A stretch of DNA of 56,397 nucleotides from Salpingoeca rosetta (GCA_033442325.1 JAWQFM010000001.1:2258044-2314440), one strand, 5' to 3'; positions 1 to 13,871 are shown, counted from the first letter of the stretch. The notes: generated by a model from the letters alone, not told the origin. Program-made: numbers and translations.

Positions 1-57
<57 letters not shown>

Positions 58-110
58 AAATAACCAAGCACGCGTCCCAACGCAAGTTGTGCAAGCTGTG
101 CAAGCAATAC

Positions 111-849
111 CAGCATGGAGAGGGAAGCGACGGCGCAGTATGTGGAGCCACCGTGTGCCTCAAGCCCTGGCCCTTGCGCAAACCCGCCCTCATACGTCTG
201 GCTGTTGAAGATGTACTGCTTGATGGCGGCGGTGTTGACCCCGGACCAGTCGTCAAGCAGTGTGCAGATGGCGCACGCGCAGTAGACGAAGCGCATGTCG
301 TTTTCGCCACCCGTGTGCAGCGCCGTAAAGCTGCCGTCCTCCTTCTGATAGTGCTTGAGCGACGACACAATTGCTGCCCGCTCCACGCGATCAAGCGAGT
401 CCCCCAGGATGCTGAGGCTGCACAGCGCGCAGAAGGTCATGGTCAGGTGTGCGCAGTCCTCATCGTTGGCGGGCGGCGCCCCGTTGGGCCCAAGCACGCG
501 CCCGTTTGAAGGGGACCCGCGGAACCCACAGTACCCACGCGAGTACTCATCACTCGGCAACACCTGCGAGGGAGAGGCGGAAGCAAAGGCATGGGGGTTG
601 GTGTTTCGTTTGGACGAGGTGCTGAACGCATGTGTTCCCAAAGATACGACATGGGCGGCGGAATGGAACCATGCAGAACACACAAGCAGACACAGAGACA
701 CTCAAGTTCTTGCCACACAGGCAGATACAGGCAGACAGACACACAGACAGACACACAGACACACAGACACAGACACACAGACACACAGACACACAGACAC
801 ACAGACACACAGACACACAGACACACAGACACACAGACACACACACACA

Positions 850-890
<41 letters not shown>

Positions 891-1126
891 CGTACCTGCA
901 GCGAGTAGATCCAATCAATGATGCCTTGCTTCTTCGCCTCAATGTCGCCAAGACGGTCGAGGATGTCAAGCCCAGAGACTGCAAAGTGGGTCAACATCAA
1001 CCGCTGCGTGTCCAAGTGAAGAAACGCGGAAGGCAGGGCCTTGAAGAACATGAGGAACGAGGTGGCGTGCCGCTGCCACCCAAACTCCCCTTGCATCTCC
1101 GCCTTCTGCTCCCCACCGCCACTCAT
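111..1126 (-). CDS. PGGT1B: Geranylgeranyltransferase type I beta subunit (5' part; continues off the window). Exons 1126-896 and 563-111
   Basis: Spliced translation [36 protein letters not shown]|[67 protein letters not shown]. These are prenyltransferase-beta repeats with GGTase-I-type motifs, joined across a GT-AG intron. Confidence 0.9.
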
Positions 1127-1261
1127 CTTCGTTGTGTGGGTGTGTGGTTTGCTTGCTTGGTTTCTTTCGTTGTTTGCCAGTTCTTGCTGCGCACACCGCT
1201 CACGCACTCGCTGCTCACCGCTCACTGCACTCACGGAACGCACCACAGCCACTCGCTCACG
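1127..1261. promoter_or_regulatory. Putative bidirectional promoter/5'UTRs shared by PGGT1B and RCE1
   Basis: Only 135 bp separate the two divergent ATGs; contains repeated CGCTCAC motifs. Confidence 0.55.
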
Positions 1262-2209
1262 ATGCTGCTGCCTGTGGATGTGACGGCCGGCGGGGTGGTG
1301 TCAGCGCTGGGCTTGAGCTGCGGCCTGGCTGCCCTGTATCTTGTATCCTTGTACGCGCTGCCTCAGCCCAGCAACCGCAACCACCCGCGCGCGGTCATCG
1401 CCAGATGCATCGGCGCATCCGCCGCCACGATCGCCAGCCCGCTTGCGCTGTACGCTGTCTACCACTCCTCCAGCCCAGCCGCTACTGGTGTCCTCGACGC
1501 CATCTGGCTCACAAACGCACCCGCCACGCCAGCAGCCTCCTCGCTCATGGCTGGCAGCCCATGGCTCGCGCACCACACACAGGCGACGCTGCGCGGGCTG
1601 GTGCTCTTTGCGCTCCTGTTCGCCGGGCCGCTCCTGCAGGCGGCGCTGGACAGCCTCGAGTACCGACGGCAGGAGGCACGGCGCGCAGCAGTGCGGCAGG
1701 CACTCCGCAACAGCCATGCTCACCACCGCCACCCCGGCACCACTGACGGCACTTACGATGACGACAGCGACGCCCAGCACTACGACGAAGAGTCGTCGTC
1801 TCTGCACTTCCTTCGCAACGTCGTTGTGGCGCCCATCACAGAGGAGATTGTCTTCCGCGGCTGCATCACCGCGCTCATGCTGCCGCACATGTCTGTGGCC
1901 GCGTGCAACCTGCTGTGCCCGCTCATCTTCGGTATCGCACACTTTCACCACGTCCTGCGTGGCGTCCCCGTGTCTGTCGTCAGCGTGCAGCTTGTCTACA
2001 CCTCCGTCTTTGGCTCGCTCTCCTCCCTCCTCATGCTGCGCACGCACTCCCTGGCCGCCGCTGTCGCCGCCCACATGTTCTGCAACCACATGGGCCTGCC
2101 AGACTTTGAGGGCGCCCTCAACCACCGGCACAGGACGCTGGTCCTGGGCGCATACGTGTTTGGGCTCGTTGGCTTTGTTGCAGCTTTGTGCTTCCACTCC
2201 ATCGTGTAG
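1262..2209 (+). CDS. RCE1: CAAX prenyl protease 2 (Rce1/Abi family), intronless
   Basis: Multi-TM protein with the Rce1 motifs RNHP..IARC, NVVVAPITEEIVFRGC, FGIAHFHH and HMFCNHMGLP; ATG at 1262. Confidence 0.92.
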   Translation: MLLPVDVTAGGVVSALGLSCGLAALYLVSLYALPQPSNRNHPRAVIARCIGASAATIASPLALYAVYHSSSPAATGVLDAIWLTNAPATPAASSLMAGSPWLAHHTQATLRGLVLFALLFAGPLLQAALDSLEYRRQEARRAAVRQALRNSHAHHRHPGTTDGTYDDDSDAQHYDEESSSLHFLRNVVVAPITEEIVFRGCITALMLPHMSVAACNLLCPLIFGIAHFHHVLRGVPVSVVSVQLVYTSVFGSLSSLLMLRTHSLAAAVAAHMFCNHMGLPDFEGALNHRHRTLVLGAYVFGLVGFVAALCFHSIV

Positions 2210-2726
2210 CCATCCCACCTCTTCCTGGTGTGGCAGCCGGGTCAGCCGGCATTGGCTGCTCTTGACCACCAACGCGGCGAGCATGCCCCAGATGCACACA
2301 CTACGCAGGCCCTTCTTGCCGACACACCGCATCCTCCAGCCTGCGGCACGACAGCGTGCACTGCATCGCAAGCAGGCAGCCTTCTATTCACATCATCACA
2401 ACAACAGTAGCAACAGCAGCAACAAAAACCACGCACGTGCCATGGCACTGCCTATTCAACGCCATCATGCATACATGAGTGCCGCATGCACACGCGACAT
2501 CAGCCGCTGTGAAGAGACCGAGCGGAGGAGAAGAGCGGGCAACAGGCACTCACACGTGCAACAGTTACACAAAAGACGGGCCAAGACAACGGGCGACAGA
2601 GACAGACGACTAGCCATAGCCAGGCGGAGAGGCAAGAGGACAGGAGGGAGATGGAAGCGGGTGAAGGGCTGGATAAAGGTGGGTAGGATGCAAAGTGAGA
2701 CAAGAGAGCTGTGCGTGCGTGCGTGC

Positions 2727-2796
<70 letters not shown>

Positions 2797-2797
<1 letters not shown>

Positions 2798-4051
2798 TAT
2801 TCTGGATAGCCGTGCCAGGGGCGGCGCGGGGCAAGGTGGATCTTTTTGCCGTGATATCTGAACGTGACGACGCCAAAATACGCTGTTCGTGGCACACCGT
2901 CCTGTCAGCAGTGATTGGCGGTGGAGTGGTGGGGGCAGTAGGGGAAGTGCAAGCATTGGCATGGGTGAGTGAGAAAGGTTCAGGCGCACGTCGCGTGGTG
3001 CAGTGATAAACGAACACGTCATGACACGATGGCCCAAACAAAACAGGTCAGAGCAGAGGCAAGGGAGAGAGTAGAGAGCAGAGAAGCGGAACACAGAGAA
3101 GAAGAGAGAAACTGGGAGACGGCTTTGCGAACAGAATGGCAAGGCGGGCAGCAGGCGACACCTTCAAGTCGTCCATGATGCCGATGCGCTTGGCGATGCC
3201 TTCAAAGTCACCGCGGCGGTCCGCGCTGTATTCGATGCGCAGCAAATCGCCCCCGCCCCGCTCAACGTCGTCCACGTTCACCTGAAGCGCGTGGAACCAG
3301 CACGTCATGGGGTCAGCAGGCATTTGTGAACGGAGGTATGTGGGTAGCGCAAACACGAAGACGACGACACAGACACAGACACACATGCACGCAGACACAG
3401 ACAGACAAACAGACACACGCACACACACACACACAGACAGACAGACAGACAGACACACACACACACACACATGGAGCATCTACTGACGAGCTGGGCCTTG
3501 ACGTAGACTTCTTCGAGGAAAGCGAGATCATAGTTGTCCTTCAGAAGATTCGACAAGTCCTTCTGTGTAAACTTAATGTCCGCCTGTTATCACAAACATG
3601 GCAGCCGTTGGCAGCGTTTGACAGTGGGGTGGGTGGACAGGTGGTATTAGAAGCAAGCAAGGACGTGTGGGGGCATGCATGAATAGGGGCAAGCAAGGCA
3701 GCAAGCAACCAAGCGGGAGCGTGGTGCGTGCGTACGTCTGAGAGCTGAATATACTTGAGGTACTGGTCAAAGAACTGCCCGCGGGACACGCCAATCCTGC
3801 ACACCATCACAGCAGCAGTAGTGGTATGACAGACGACAGCGGTGAGAGAAGTGGTTTGGGGGGGGGGGCGGTGCCGCAGGCGAAGAAGCGACGTTGATGG
3901 TGGAACCAAGACGTGCACATGGGCGATTGAGGAACGAGAAGGCACGACCGACACAGACACAGGGAAGCGCATGCGCACAGAGGGATACAGAGACACACAG
4001 ACACACAGACACGCACACGCACAGAGGAATACAGAGACACACAGACACACA

Positions 4052-4105
<54 letters not shown>

Positions 4106-4553
4106 TACAAACAGGCCGGGCCGCACCTGCCAAACGTGCGTGTGCGGGAGATCTCTGGACGGATGCAGGCGCGCTCGCGGCGCTGCTCGTGTTCGCGCAT
4201 CCAATCGTCCCAGAACGACTGTGGCCACTTGGACGACAGCTGACGCCAGCAGCGGTGGTAATGGTGGCGATGGTGGCGATGGTGGTGATGTGATGATTGT
4301 GATGATGGTGGTGAACAGTGTGAGCTTGTGCACGGTCCACACGCACACGCAGGTGATATGTGTACATGTGCGTGCGTACGCGCGTGTGTGCATGTATGTG
4401 TGGGAAGGGGGCATGTATGCGCGCAGTCGTTGCTGGGTACCTCCTCTGTCCAGAGAGATCGGAGCATCATCCATCCAAGACCGCCGAAGAAGTCGCTCCG
4501 ATACAGCGCCTCAGGGTCCTGCACATATCCTTCCTTACCGTTGTCGTTCCACG
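2797..4553 (-). CDS. MGAT1: Alpha-1,3-mannosyl-glycoprotein 2-beta-GlcNAc transferase (GnT-I, GT13), 3' half only, 6 exons
   Basis: Exons encode [75 protein letters not shown] and [29 protein letters not shown]. No N-terminal exons found. Confidence 0.9.
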
Positions 4554-4608
4554 CTGTCAAAACCGCATCACAGGCGGCAAACAACAGACATGCGTGAGCA
4601 TACACCTC

Positions 4609-4736
<128 letters not shown>

Positions 4737-4858
4737 GCCCCCTCTCTGTCTTTCCCCCTCTCCCTGCTCTCTCTGTGTTGTGATGCGTGTGTGTGGTGTA
4801 CTTTGTCCTTTATTCATTCTTGGTGCGCGACTGTTGCACACCGCGTGTGTGCTTACAG

Positions 4859-5899
4859 CGGCGGACCCGTCACATCACGGAGGTCCGTCTGCGGAACATG
4901 GCCGTGCCCACTGACGACGACAGCCCCACCCCAGGCGCCCAGAAGTGGTTTTCCTTTTTCACCATCTCCACAGACTCAGGTGTGCGTTGTGTATGTGTGT
5001 GTGTGTGTTTGTGTGTCGTACCTTGAGCGTCTGTTCAGCACTTCAACGCCGACTCATAATGCCTGTTGTACTGTGTTTGCCCCCCCCCCCCCTCAAAGTC
5101 ATCTACCAGAGCGAAGTCACTCGATGCTACAAGGTGAGGCGAAGCGCCAGGAGCGCCGTGTTGTTGTTGCTTGCTTGCTATCTCAGCGCCGTGGCACCCC
5201 GCCCTTTCCCTTGCTCGCTCACCAATCCTCCGCCTTCACTGCTCCTTCCTTCCTCACATACACTCTGCTTATTACACAGAGCGCTTGCTGGCGCACCGTG
5301 AACCTGTCGTGCCGGGCACTTCGCACCCAAACGCGCGGCAACCGCATCGCAGTGCAGGTGTGGATCAAGCCCATCACCGCTGCCGATGGCTTTGACGTCG
5401 ACCCTGTTGAACCCAAACCCGCATCCACGGACGGATACACGCTGCTTCGCCGCTACGTTGTTGACCTCTTCGGCCTCACCCTCCTGAAACAAGCGGTGAT
5501 GACACGCGCACCATATCATCCTATGCTCATTCCATTCGTCGATGTTCACACACTCACACGCACACGCACACTCTCTGTCTGTCTGTCTGTGTGTGTCTGT
5601 CTGTATGTTTGTCAGTCTCTGTGTGTGTGTGTGTTTGTTTGTCTGTGTGTGTGGTGTGTGTGTGTGTGTCTGTCTCTCTCGCTCACACTTGTACACACAC
5701 TCACACGCATACTCACTCAAATGTGTATCATCTCTTGTATCCTCGCCAATCTCATCTGCGTGCTGATTGCACACCAGCCCGAGAACACAGATGTGCCCCA
5801 TTCCGAGAGCAACGCTCTTCTCATTGCGCTCGGCACCTGCTGGTACCTCGCATCACCGCTGCCCCCAGTCAGTCACAGATCATGCCCTTGCGTAGGCTC

Positions 5900-5963
<64 letters not shown>

Positions 5964-6420
5964 ATGTTTGTGTGTGTGTGTGCGTGTATGTTTGTGTGTT
6001 TGTGTATGTGTCTGCTTCGGATTGTGCACGTGTGTGTGTGTGTGTGTGCCTGTGTGTCGTGACCGCCCACGCGCACGTGACGTGCGTGCGTGCATCCACA
6101 GCACTTTAAGCGCACCTGTGACTCATCCACCTCCCAATACCGCCCCGCCCCGTGCAGGACGCCGTGCGAGAGCGCCTGCCGCCAAAATACCTTCGGGCGC
6201 AGGCTGTGTCCATACGGCGCATGTACACGGAGACGTCGCTGAGCCGGCTCATCAGCCTGTGCACGTCATTGGAGCAGGACACGCGCTGGGACCGACTCAA
6301 GGGCGAGGACGTCTGGCGATCGGAACACCGGTACGCTCCTCTTCTGATCGTGTGATGTTGTGATTGCGATGCGTCCATTTTGTGGTTGTGGTTTTATTCT
6401 GAATGCGTCTACACATGTGT

Positions 6421-6481
<61 letters not shown>

Positions 6482-7713
6482 TGTTGCTCTGCTGACTTGT
6501 GCTGCCTGTGCAGTTGTGATGATCACACATGCATGGCATCGTTGTCTGCACTCGAGCGAACCCACTGCCGCTGACAGCCCATTCAGCTCATTCTTCCGTC
6601 CTCTTCCCCACCGTTACCCCCTTCACTCCTAATACTTTCTGTTCACATGCGTATGCTGTACACATGCGATCGCCATATCCAGCGCCCGCCTTGAGCGAAC
6701 CCGCGCGCGCGTGTCGTTCCTCAAGCTCAAATTGGCTGCGCAGCGCACACGCACGGACCAGGAGCGGGCGCGCGTGGACAAGCAGAGGGAACAGCTTCTC
6801 GAGAAACGTACGCATGCACTTGGCATGTGCCCTCAGCTGGGGTGACACCTTTGCTGATTGCGGTGTGTCTGCGCACGTGTGTGGACGAGTGATTCACCAC
6901 CCATGTCATCTCTCCATCCTCTCACGCTGCCGCTCCTGCTGCCATCCTTGCCGCGTGTGCGTTGTTGTGCAGAGCGGGTGATGGAGAGACGATATGCGGA
7001 CTTGGACGAGCGCATCGCCGCCCTCAACGACAGAAAGGATACATTCGCAGACACCGAGCACAAGCTCAAGGAGGTGTGCGAATGTGTGCGTGTGGGATTG
7101 TGTGCGTGTGCGTGTGTGTGTGTGTGTGTGTCTCAACGAACGTTGACGTGTCGGCCATTTGGTGCTTGGCTGCGCTGCTTGTATTCGTTCACACAAGATA
7201 CAGCATCCGTGCTATTGCACAACACGCGCCAGACACATGTTACATGTTCAGCCCTCTCCATGCTCATGCAACGGTCTGTCTGCCTTGTGCACCACAGGTC
7301 CTGCTGGCACGCGACATGCGGCAGGCCGTGCTAGTGCTGGAACTCTACTCCGTCTACCACGTCAAGCCGGTACACCGCGCGTGCCACAACTTGCTCGGGT
7401 CTTGATGCGTACACACGCACACACACACACACACGCACATACACGGTCTGACAACGCAAAGTCATCGTCGTCTCATTTCGCACACGCCCATGACCGACAT
7501 ATGTTTCTGTGTTGCGTGCATGCGTGTGTGTTTTTGTCTCTGCGTGTGACAGATAACGGAGGACCTGTGCTCGATCATGGGCATTGAATTGCCGAATGGA
7601 ACGTTCACAGACAGAGACGATGATGCAATTGCCACTGCTCTTGGTAAGGTGACATTCCTGCATCCATACACACACATACACCATGCACTCGTTTTCACGC
7701 CTCACATACCACG

Positions 7714-7803
<90 letters not shown>

Positions 7804-8377
7804 NNNNNNNNNNNNNNNNNNNNNNNNNNNNNNNNNNNNNNNNNNNNNNNNNNNNNNNNNNNNNNNNNNNNNNNNNNNNNNNNNNNNNNNNNNNNNNNNN
7901 NNNNNNNNNNNNNNNNNNNNNNNNNNNNNNNNNNNNNNNNNNNNNNNNNNNNNNNNNNNNNNNNNNNNNNNNNNNNNNNNNNNNNNNNNNNNNNNNNNNN
8001 NNNNNNNNNNNNNNNNNNNNNNNNNNNNNNNNNNNNNNNNNNNNNNNNNNNNNNNNNNNNNNNNNNNNNNNNNNNNNNNNNNNNNNNNNNNNNNNNNNNN
8101 NNNNNNNNNNNNNNNNNNNNNNNNNNNNNNNNNNNNNNNNNNNNNNNNNNNNNNNNNNNNNNNNNNNNNNNNNNNNNNNNNNNNNNNNNNNNNNNNNNNN
8201 NNNNNNNNNNNNNNNNNNNNNNNNNNNNNNNNNNNNNNNNNNNNNNNNNNNNNNNNNNNNNNNNNNNNNNNNNNNNNNNNNNNNNNNNNNNNNNNNNNNN
8301 NNNNNNNNNNNNNNNNNNNNNNNNNNNNNNNNNNNNNNNNNNNNNNNNNNNNNNNNNNNNNNNNNNNNNNNNNNNNN

Positions 8378-8419
<42 letters not shown>

Positions 8420-9200
8420 TGCAGGGTATGTTTCGCACCTGGTGCTGATGATCAGCAAATACCTGCAGCTGCCGCTGCGGTATCCCATCAAGCTGCTCGG
8501 CTCGCGATCCTCAATCACAGACGACATCGCCTTTGACCGCTCCGACCGCCCTCGAAGGTCTGTGTTCCCCTCTGTGCTGGCTGCCCCACCTCACTTTCTC
8601 ATGGCAGCTCATGCGGTCGTTCAACACACACACACACACACACACATCTTCCTGACTTCCTCACCACTGCAACACTGCACCACGACGATGATGATGGTGA
8701 TGATGGTGATGATGATGGCGGTTCGCAGGTTCCCGCTGTATCCGCGTGTGAAGGACCGGTCCATGTTTGAGCGGGGCGTGTTCCTGCTGAACAAGGACGT
8801 GCAGCAGCTGCTGGAGCACCACGGCATTGGCGTGCGCGATGCGTTGGCCACGCTGCCAAACATTCGCCGCCTCATGCTCCTCCTCTACGACTTCACCAAG
8901 GTGTGCACGTACCCCTCCTGACCGCATATCACTCTGCCTTGTTGTCTGCGACATGTGTGCGTGTGTGTGTGCACGTGTGTGTGTGCGTGTGCGTGCGTGT
9001 GTGTGCATATGTATATGTGTGTGTCTGTGTGTCTGTCTGTGTGTCTGTCTGTGTGTCTGTCTGTCTATGTGTCTTGTCTGTCTGCCTTCCCCCTTACATT
9101 TTGTGTCACTCACCACAAGCAACATGCTCTGGCACTGCCACCATCAACCAACACTTTGACACGACAGCAACACAACCCGGATCATGGCACCCCGGCATAG
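4859..9200 (+). CDS. UVRAG: UV radiation resistance-associated protein (Vps38/UVRAG, PI3KC3 complex II). First exon probably missing; ends at 8921 or at a short last exon ending 9200
   Basis: N-terminal RRTRHITEVRLRN..IYQSEV..CWRTVNL (C2-like region) and a coiled coil, then C-terminal GIELPN..DDDAIATALG|YVSHLVLMISKYLQLPLRYPIKLLGSRSSITD..FPLYP..FERGVFLLNKDVQQL..TLPNI, matching the UVRAG BARA2 region. Confidence 0.85.
7804..8377. other. Assembly gap (N run) inside a (CA)n intron of UVRAG
   Basis: N run. The flanking exons join in phase (ATAL-G-YVSH), so probably no coding sequence is lost. Confidence 0.95.
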
Positions 9201-9605
9201 CGCATGGTCATCTGTTGTCCGCTGCGGCTCTTGTTGCGTTCATTTGTTTCGCGTGGTATTGTTGTAATGTTACCAATACATGGTTTACTGTTGGTTGTAG
9301 TTCAGCTGCGATGAGGTGGTTGGTGGGAGGGCAGTGAATGAAGGGGCAGTCGCGAGCGAGCAGGAATATAAATGAAAGGAAGATCGCGTACCAGACACAC
9401 ACACACACACACATAGAATCGATATGACACACCACCACGTGCACCTCATCACAATACACAATAAAACCACCACACACAACCGCGCTGAAACTAGTGCACA
9501 CACCTGCTAAAAGCACGACAAAGAGGCTTAGTACAAGGGCCAAGAGCAGATAGAGCGGCATTCAGGGAGAAAGCGGTGACAACGAAAGCAGATTCCATGT
9601 GTGTG

Positions 9606-9652
<47 letters not shown>

Positions 9653-9712
9653 GGTGAGCTGGAAGGGTGAGCTGAACAACACCGACGCTGCCTGCTGAGG
9701 CTCTCAATGTAT

Positions 9713-10075
9713 TCACTGTGGCTGGGGTGTGTTTGGGACTTGTAGCAGCTCTGTGGCAGTGCTGGCAGCTCCTGTGTTGGCCTTTGCTGCGGATGACTCG
9801 CGCGGTCGGTCTCCGCGCCGAGATCTCGCTGCAGGGACGATGGTGAGCTGGTCCACTCGTGGGTTGGCGATGAGTTCTGCGGGCCCGTCTCGCGCGCGTG
9901 GGCCTGTTCCAACAAAGATGACGTCGTCGTTGTCATCCTTGCCAATGATTGTGGCCTGTGGTGCCACCTTGGCGGTGTTCTTTGACTTCAAGTAGCTCAG
10001 CACCGCACATCCCATCCAAGCCAGTGCGCACAACACGCCCACCACAATTCCCGCGACTGGGACATGTCCAGTCAT
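9713..10075 (-). CDS. Hypothetical 120-aa single-pass membrane protein
   Basis: Repeat-free ORF MTGHVPVAGIVVGVLCALAWMGCAVLSYLKSKN..: an N-terminal hydrophobic helix followed by basic residues and a polar tail. Confidence 0.55.
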   Translation of the reverse strand: MTGHVPVAGIVVGVLCALAWMGCAVLSYLKSKNTAKVAPQATIIGKDDNDDVIFVGTGPRARDGPAELIANPRVDQLTIVPAARSRRGDRPRESSAAKANTGAASTATELLQVPNTPQPQ

Positions 10076-10597
10076 GCCGCCGCGGCTGTTGGCGCTCTTT
10101 GCTCGTGTGCCTTCTTGCTTGCTTGCCTCTTCTTCTTCTTCTTCTTCTTCTTCTTCTTCCTCCTCCTCCTCCTTCACTTGTGCTATCTCTGCCCATACAC
10201 CACCGCCATCAACACCCACTGCTGCTGGGGATGTCCTTGCTTGCCGGTCGGCCGTGAGCTTCAAGGTTGTGTCGTTGTCGTTGTGTGTGGGTGTTGTTGC
10301 CAACGAAAATCGCTCACAAACGCAAACAAACACTCGCCGCACACGAGGAAGGACAACAACATCCAAGACACTCAACAAGACAGCCAGATACACACGCCAG
10401 CGAACCAGCCAGCAGGGAGCGGGACGTATGGTGCTGGGAGAGTGAAGGGAAGACAAGCAGAGAGGAGACAACACGTTGTAAGCTTGCAGATACAGAGTGG
10501 AGTTTGAGAGACAATTGTAACCAAAGCAGTCAGTGTCACACTTGCAACAGCGGTTGACCGTTGCAGGCACGCAGCACGCATCAGCACACAACAAATC

Positions 10598-13500
10598 ATG
10601 TTCACGCTGCTGCAAACGCTTGTGCGTGGGTGCCGCAGCACACCCACAGACTTGACGCTGGGCTTCCTTGGACCCGGTTCTGCGGGCAAGACCAGTATTG
10701 CGGCCGTGATTCGCGGAGGTGCGTGTATGTGTGTGCGTGTGTGTCTGTGTATGTGCGTGTGTGTGTGTGCGTGTACGTGTGTGTGCGTGTACGTGTGCGT
10801 GTGTATCTATGTGTGTGTGTGTGCGTGTTTGCGGCTGTGATGCTGTAGAACATGTTTGATTCACTTGTGCTGGCTGCTATCTCACGGGTGTTTATGATGG
10901 TGGGGATACAGAGCCGTTGGAGGAAGTCTCAGAGACCATTGGGCAGGATGTGTTCCACTTTCGGAGAAAGAAGGCCAACATCACCGCATACGATCTCGGT
11001 GGTGGCGAGCGCATTCGTGGCATCTGGGAACGCTACTACGCAGAGGTGTGTGCGTGAGTGTGCATGTGGATGTGTGCGTGACCGTGCATGTGGATGTGTG
11101 CGTGACCGTGGTTTGGACTTGAGAGGATTCCTCGAAACGGCAGAATGTCAACTACCACATCCACACATCCACACATATACACGCACACACACATTCACTC
11201 GCAGCTGTTCTCTCTCTCACTCACATTCGTACACTCACACACGTACACACACATGTCATCCCGCCACCCAATGCAGATCCACGCGTTTGTGTTTGTCGTG
11301 GATGCATCTCAGCCTCTGTCAGAGGCACGGGAGGTGTTGTGGAACATGCTGAAGCACGACTTTGTGGGCGGGAAACCAGTGCTTATCATGGCCAACAAGC
11401 AGGATGTGGACACGGCCAGCTCGGCGCAGCTCGTCTCACGCGAACTCGCCATTTCAGACCTTGGTACGTTCACTAACACAGCTACACAAGTGCGCGCGTG
11501 TGTGTGTGTGTACGTGTGTGTACGTGTGTGTGGCTGGCCCTGAACTTCCCATCGCATCGCGGATGGCGACGACTCAACTCCTTCTTCCATCCAAATGTGC
11601 TGGGCCATGCTTGTGACAGCGTCAACACATGGCAAGAGCCCTTTCCAGCTTGTGGAAGTGTGTGCAATTCACTCTTCAAAGGCTGGCATCCTCAAGGCTG
11701 TAAGTTGAACACCACACGACATGATGCGTGTGTGCACGTGTAGTCAGCCGCTGTATGAGGCCATTTGGATTTGGTCCTCCCACCTCCATCACTCATCCAA
11801 ATTGCCTACGCACACACGCGCGTATGTGCTTCAGATTGACTGGTTGATAACGACGCTGTTGGAGGACTTTGAGGGCGCAACGCAGCGGCGCGCGAAAGAG
11901 ATGCAGCAGCAGGCGGAGGTTGAGGCAAAGGAGATGAAGGAGAAGCAAGAGCGCATTCGGAAACGAAGGGAGGAACGCGAACGAAAGCGCGCACTGGAGG
12001 AAGCAGCACAACAACAACAGGAGCAGAAAGAAGGGGACGAAGGGCAATCAGATGCACACGCAGCGAAAACACCGGCAGATGGTCAGTGTGGAATGGAAAG
12101 CGCAATCACTTTACTCCACGTTCATGCAGTCTCCAATCCACCATGGTCATACACACGCACGCAACCCTGTGCGCACGCGCAAATATCAGCATTTGTCTCA
12201 GCTTGCCCTCACCCCTCTTCCACCACACACACACACGCACGCACACACGCACACATCCACGCACACATCCACACACACACACACATGTTCCACTGCCAAG
12301 CAGAGGGCTATCCACTGCCTGGAGAGGCGGTACCGTCATCGTCGCCACCCATCACGGCTGCCCCCGTGTCCCACGACCGCATCGTGCCGCTTACAGATAC
12401 GGGCGATGGCGACGATGGTGACGATGGCACAGAGACGCAGCGAACCAGGGACGGCGGCAGCGAAGATGAGGGGGATCGTACATCGGTGAAGAACAGCGAT
12501 GACCTGGAGGTCGAGGATATGTCGATGATGGGAAGCAGAGCGGAGGGGGGTGATGCGGAAGAAAGGACAAGCGACAACAAAGACAACAGCAGTGGCACCG
12601 GTGATGGCGATGGGGGTGATGCAGCGAAGCAGGACAGTGGCGAACAACCGCAGAAGGAGCCGTTGTTCTCGCGTGTGAATCCGCCGCTTCCGCAGTCGTT
12701 GAATACAGACGACAGAATAGCCGATGCATCGAGCAGGTCAAAGAAACAACCACAACCACAACCACAACCACAACAACAACGACAGCAGCAGCAGCCGAGT
12801 AGTGGTGTGAAATTGGCGCCGCTGCATCCACTGGATATCATTTCCGCGGCCAAGAGCATCAAGGACGCATCTCTTATCGAGCTCGGTACCAACCAACACA
12901 CATACACAGTGTGTGTGTGTGTGTGTGTGTCTGTGTGTGTCTGTGCGGGTGCAGGTGCGGGTGTGTGTGTGTCTGTGTCTGTGTGTCTGTGTCTGTGTGT
13001 CTTCTGTAACATCGCATGATATTTCCACCTCTCACCCCGTGCTCGTGGCGCTGTTGCTTTGTCACTGCAACTGCTGCCGCCTTCTTCTTCTCCTGTTGTT
13101 GCTGCTGCTGCTGCTGCTGCTTCAGTGCGCGCGGCGGCGAAGGCGTACGCGACGCTCAAGGGCGAGCCCGTGCCAAGCGAAGGCGACTTGCAGTGGAAGA
13201 TGTACCGTGCAGCATGCAAGGAGTGCTGGCAGCAAATAATCAAACAGGCGCGCAAGGGCAAGCGCTTCAGCATGGATCGCCTCGCTATCCAAGCACACAC
13301 GGGCTGGTCCGCCATCGTCAAATACGTACGCGAGCACATTCATGATGCACACACAGACACTCACACACACACACACACACAGACACACACACACACTTTC
13401 TCTCGTTCCCCGGCGCATATGGTGTGTCATGTTTGTGGCCATGTTTGTGATCATGTGCTCTGCGTTCATTCCATTGTGTGCTGCCGTGACCTCATAACCC

Positions 13501-13788
13501 TTCTCACACACCTGTCCATACCCTAATTGGCTGCTGTACCAGGCGTGGGATGAGCGCGTGTACGGGCCACGACCACCGCAGCTGACGCCATCGCCAGAGC
13601 AGTGGCCGCGCGAGCACTTTGAGACAGACGCGGGATACGAGCAGTACCTGCAGCGGTGGGAGGAAGCACAGTCATTTGATGACCTCACATACGAACAGAA
13701 GGAACGCTATCGCCTCATTGCAGAGGTGAGGAAGCAGGGCATGGGGTGCAACACTGCTATGAATGGGCTTGGTCCTGCATGTCTGTGG

Positions 13789-13871
<83 letters not shown>

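Noticed and set aside
632-1261. N-terminal extension of the 525-aa ORF containing RCE1
   Set aside because: It overlaps PGGT1B exon 1 and its intron antisense; the real start is most likely ATG 1262
7331-8527. Long ORFs spanning N runs (also 49581-51212)
   Set aside because: Artefacts of reading through assembly gaps
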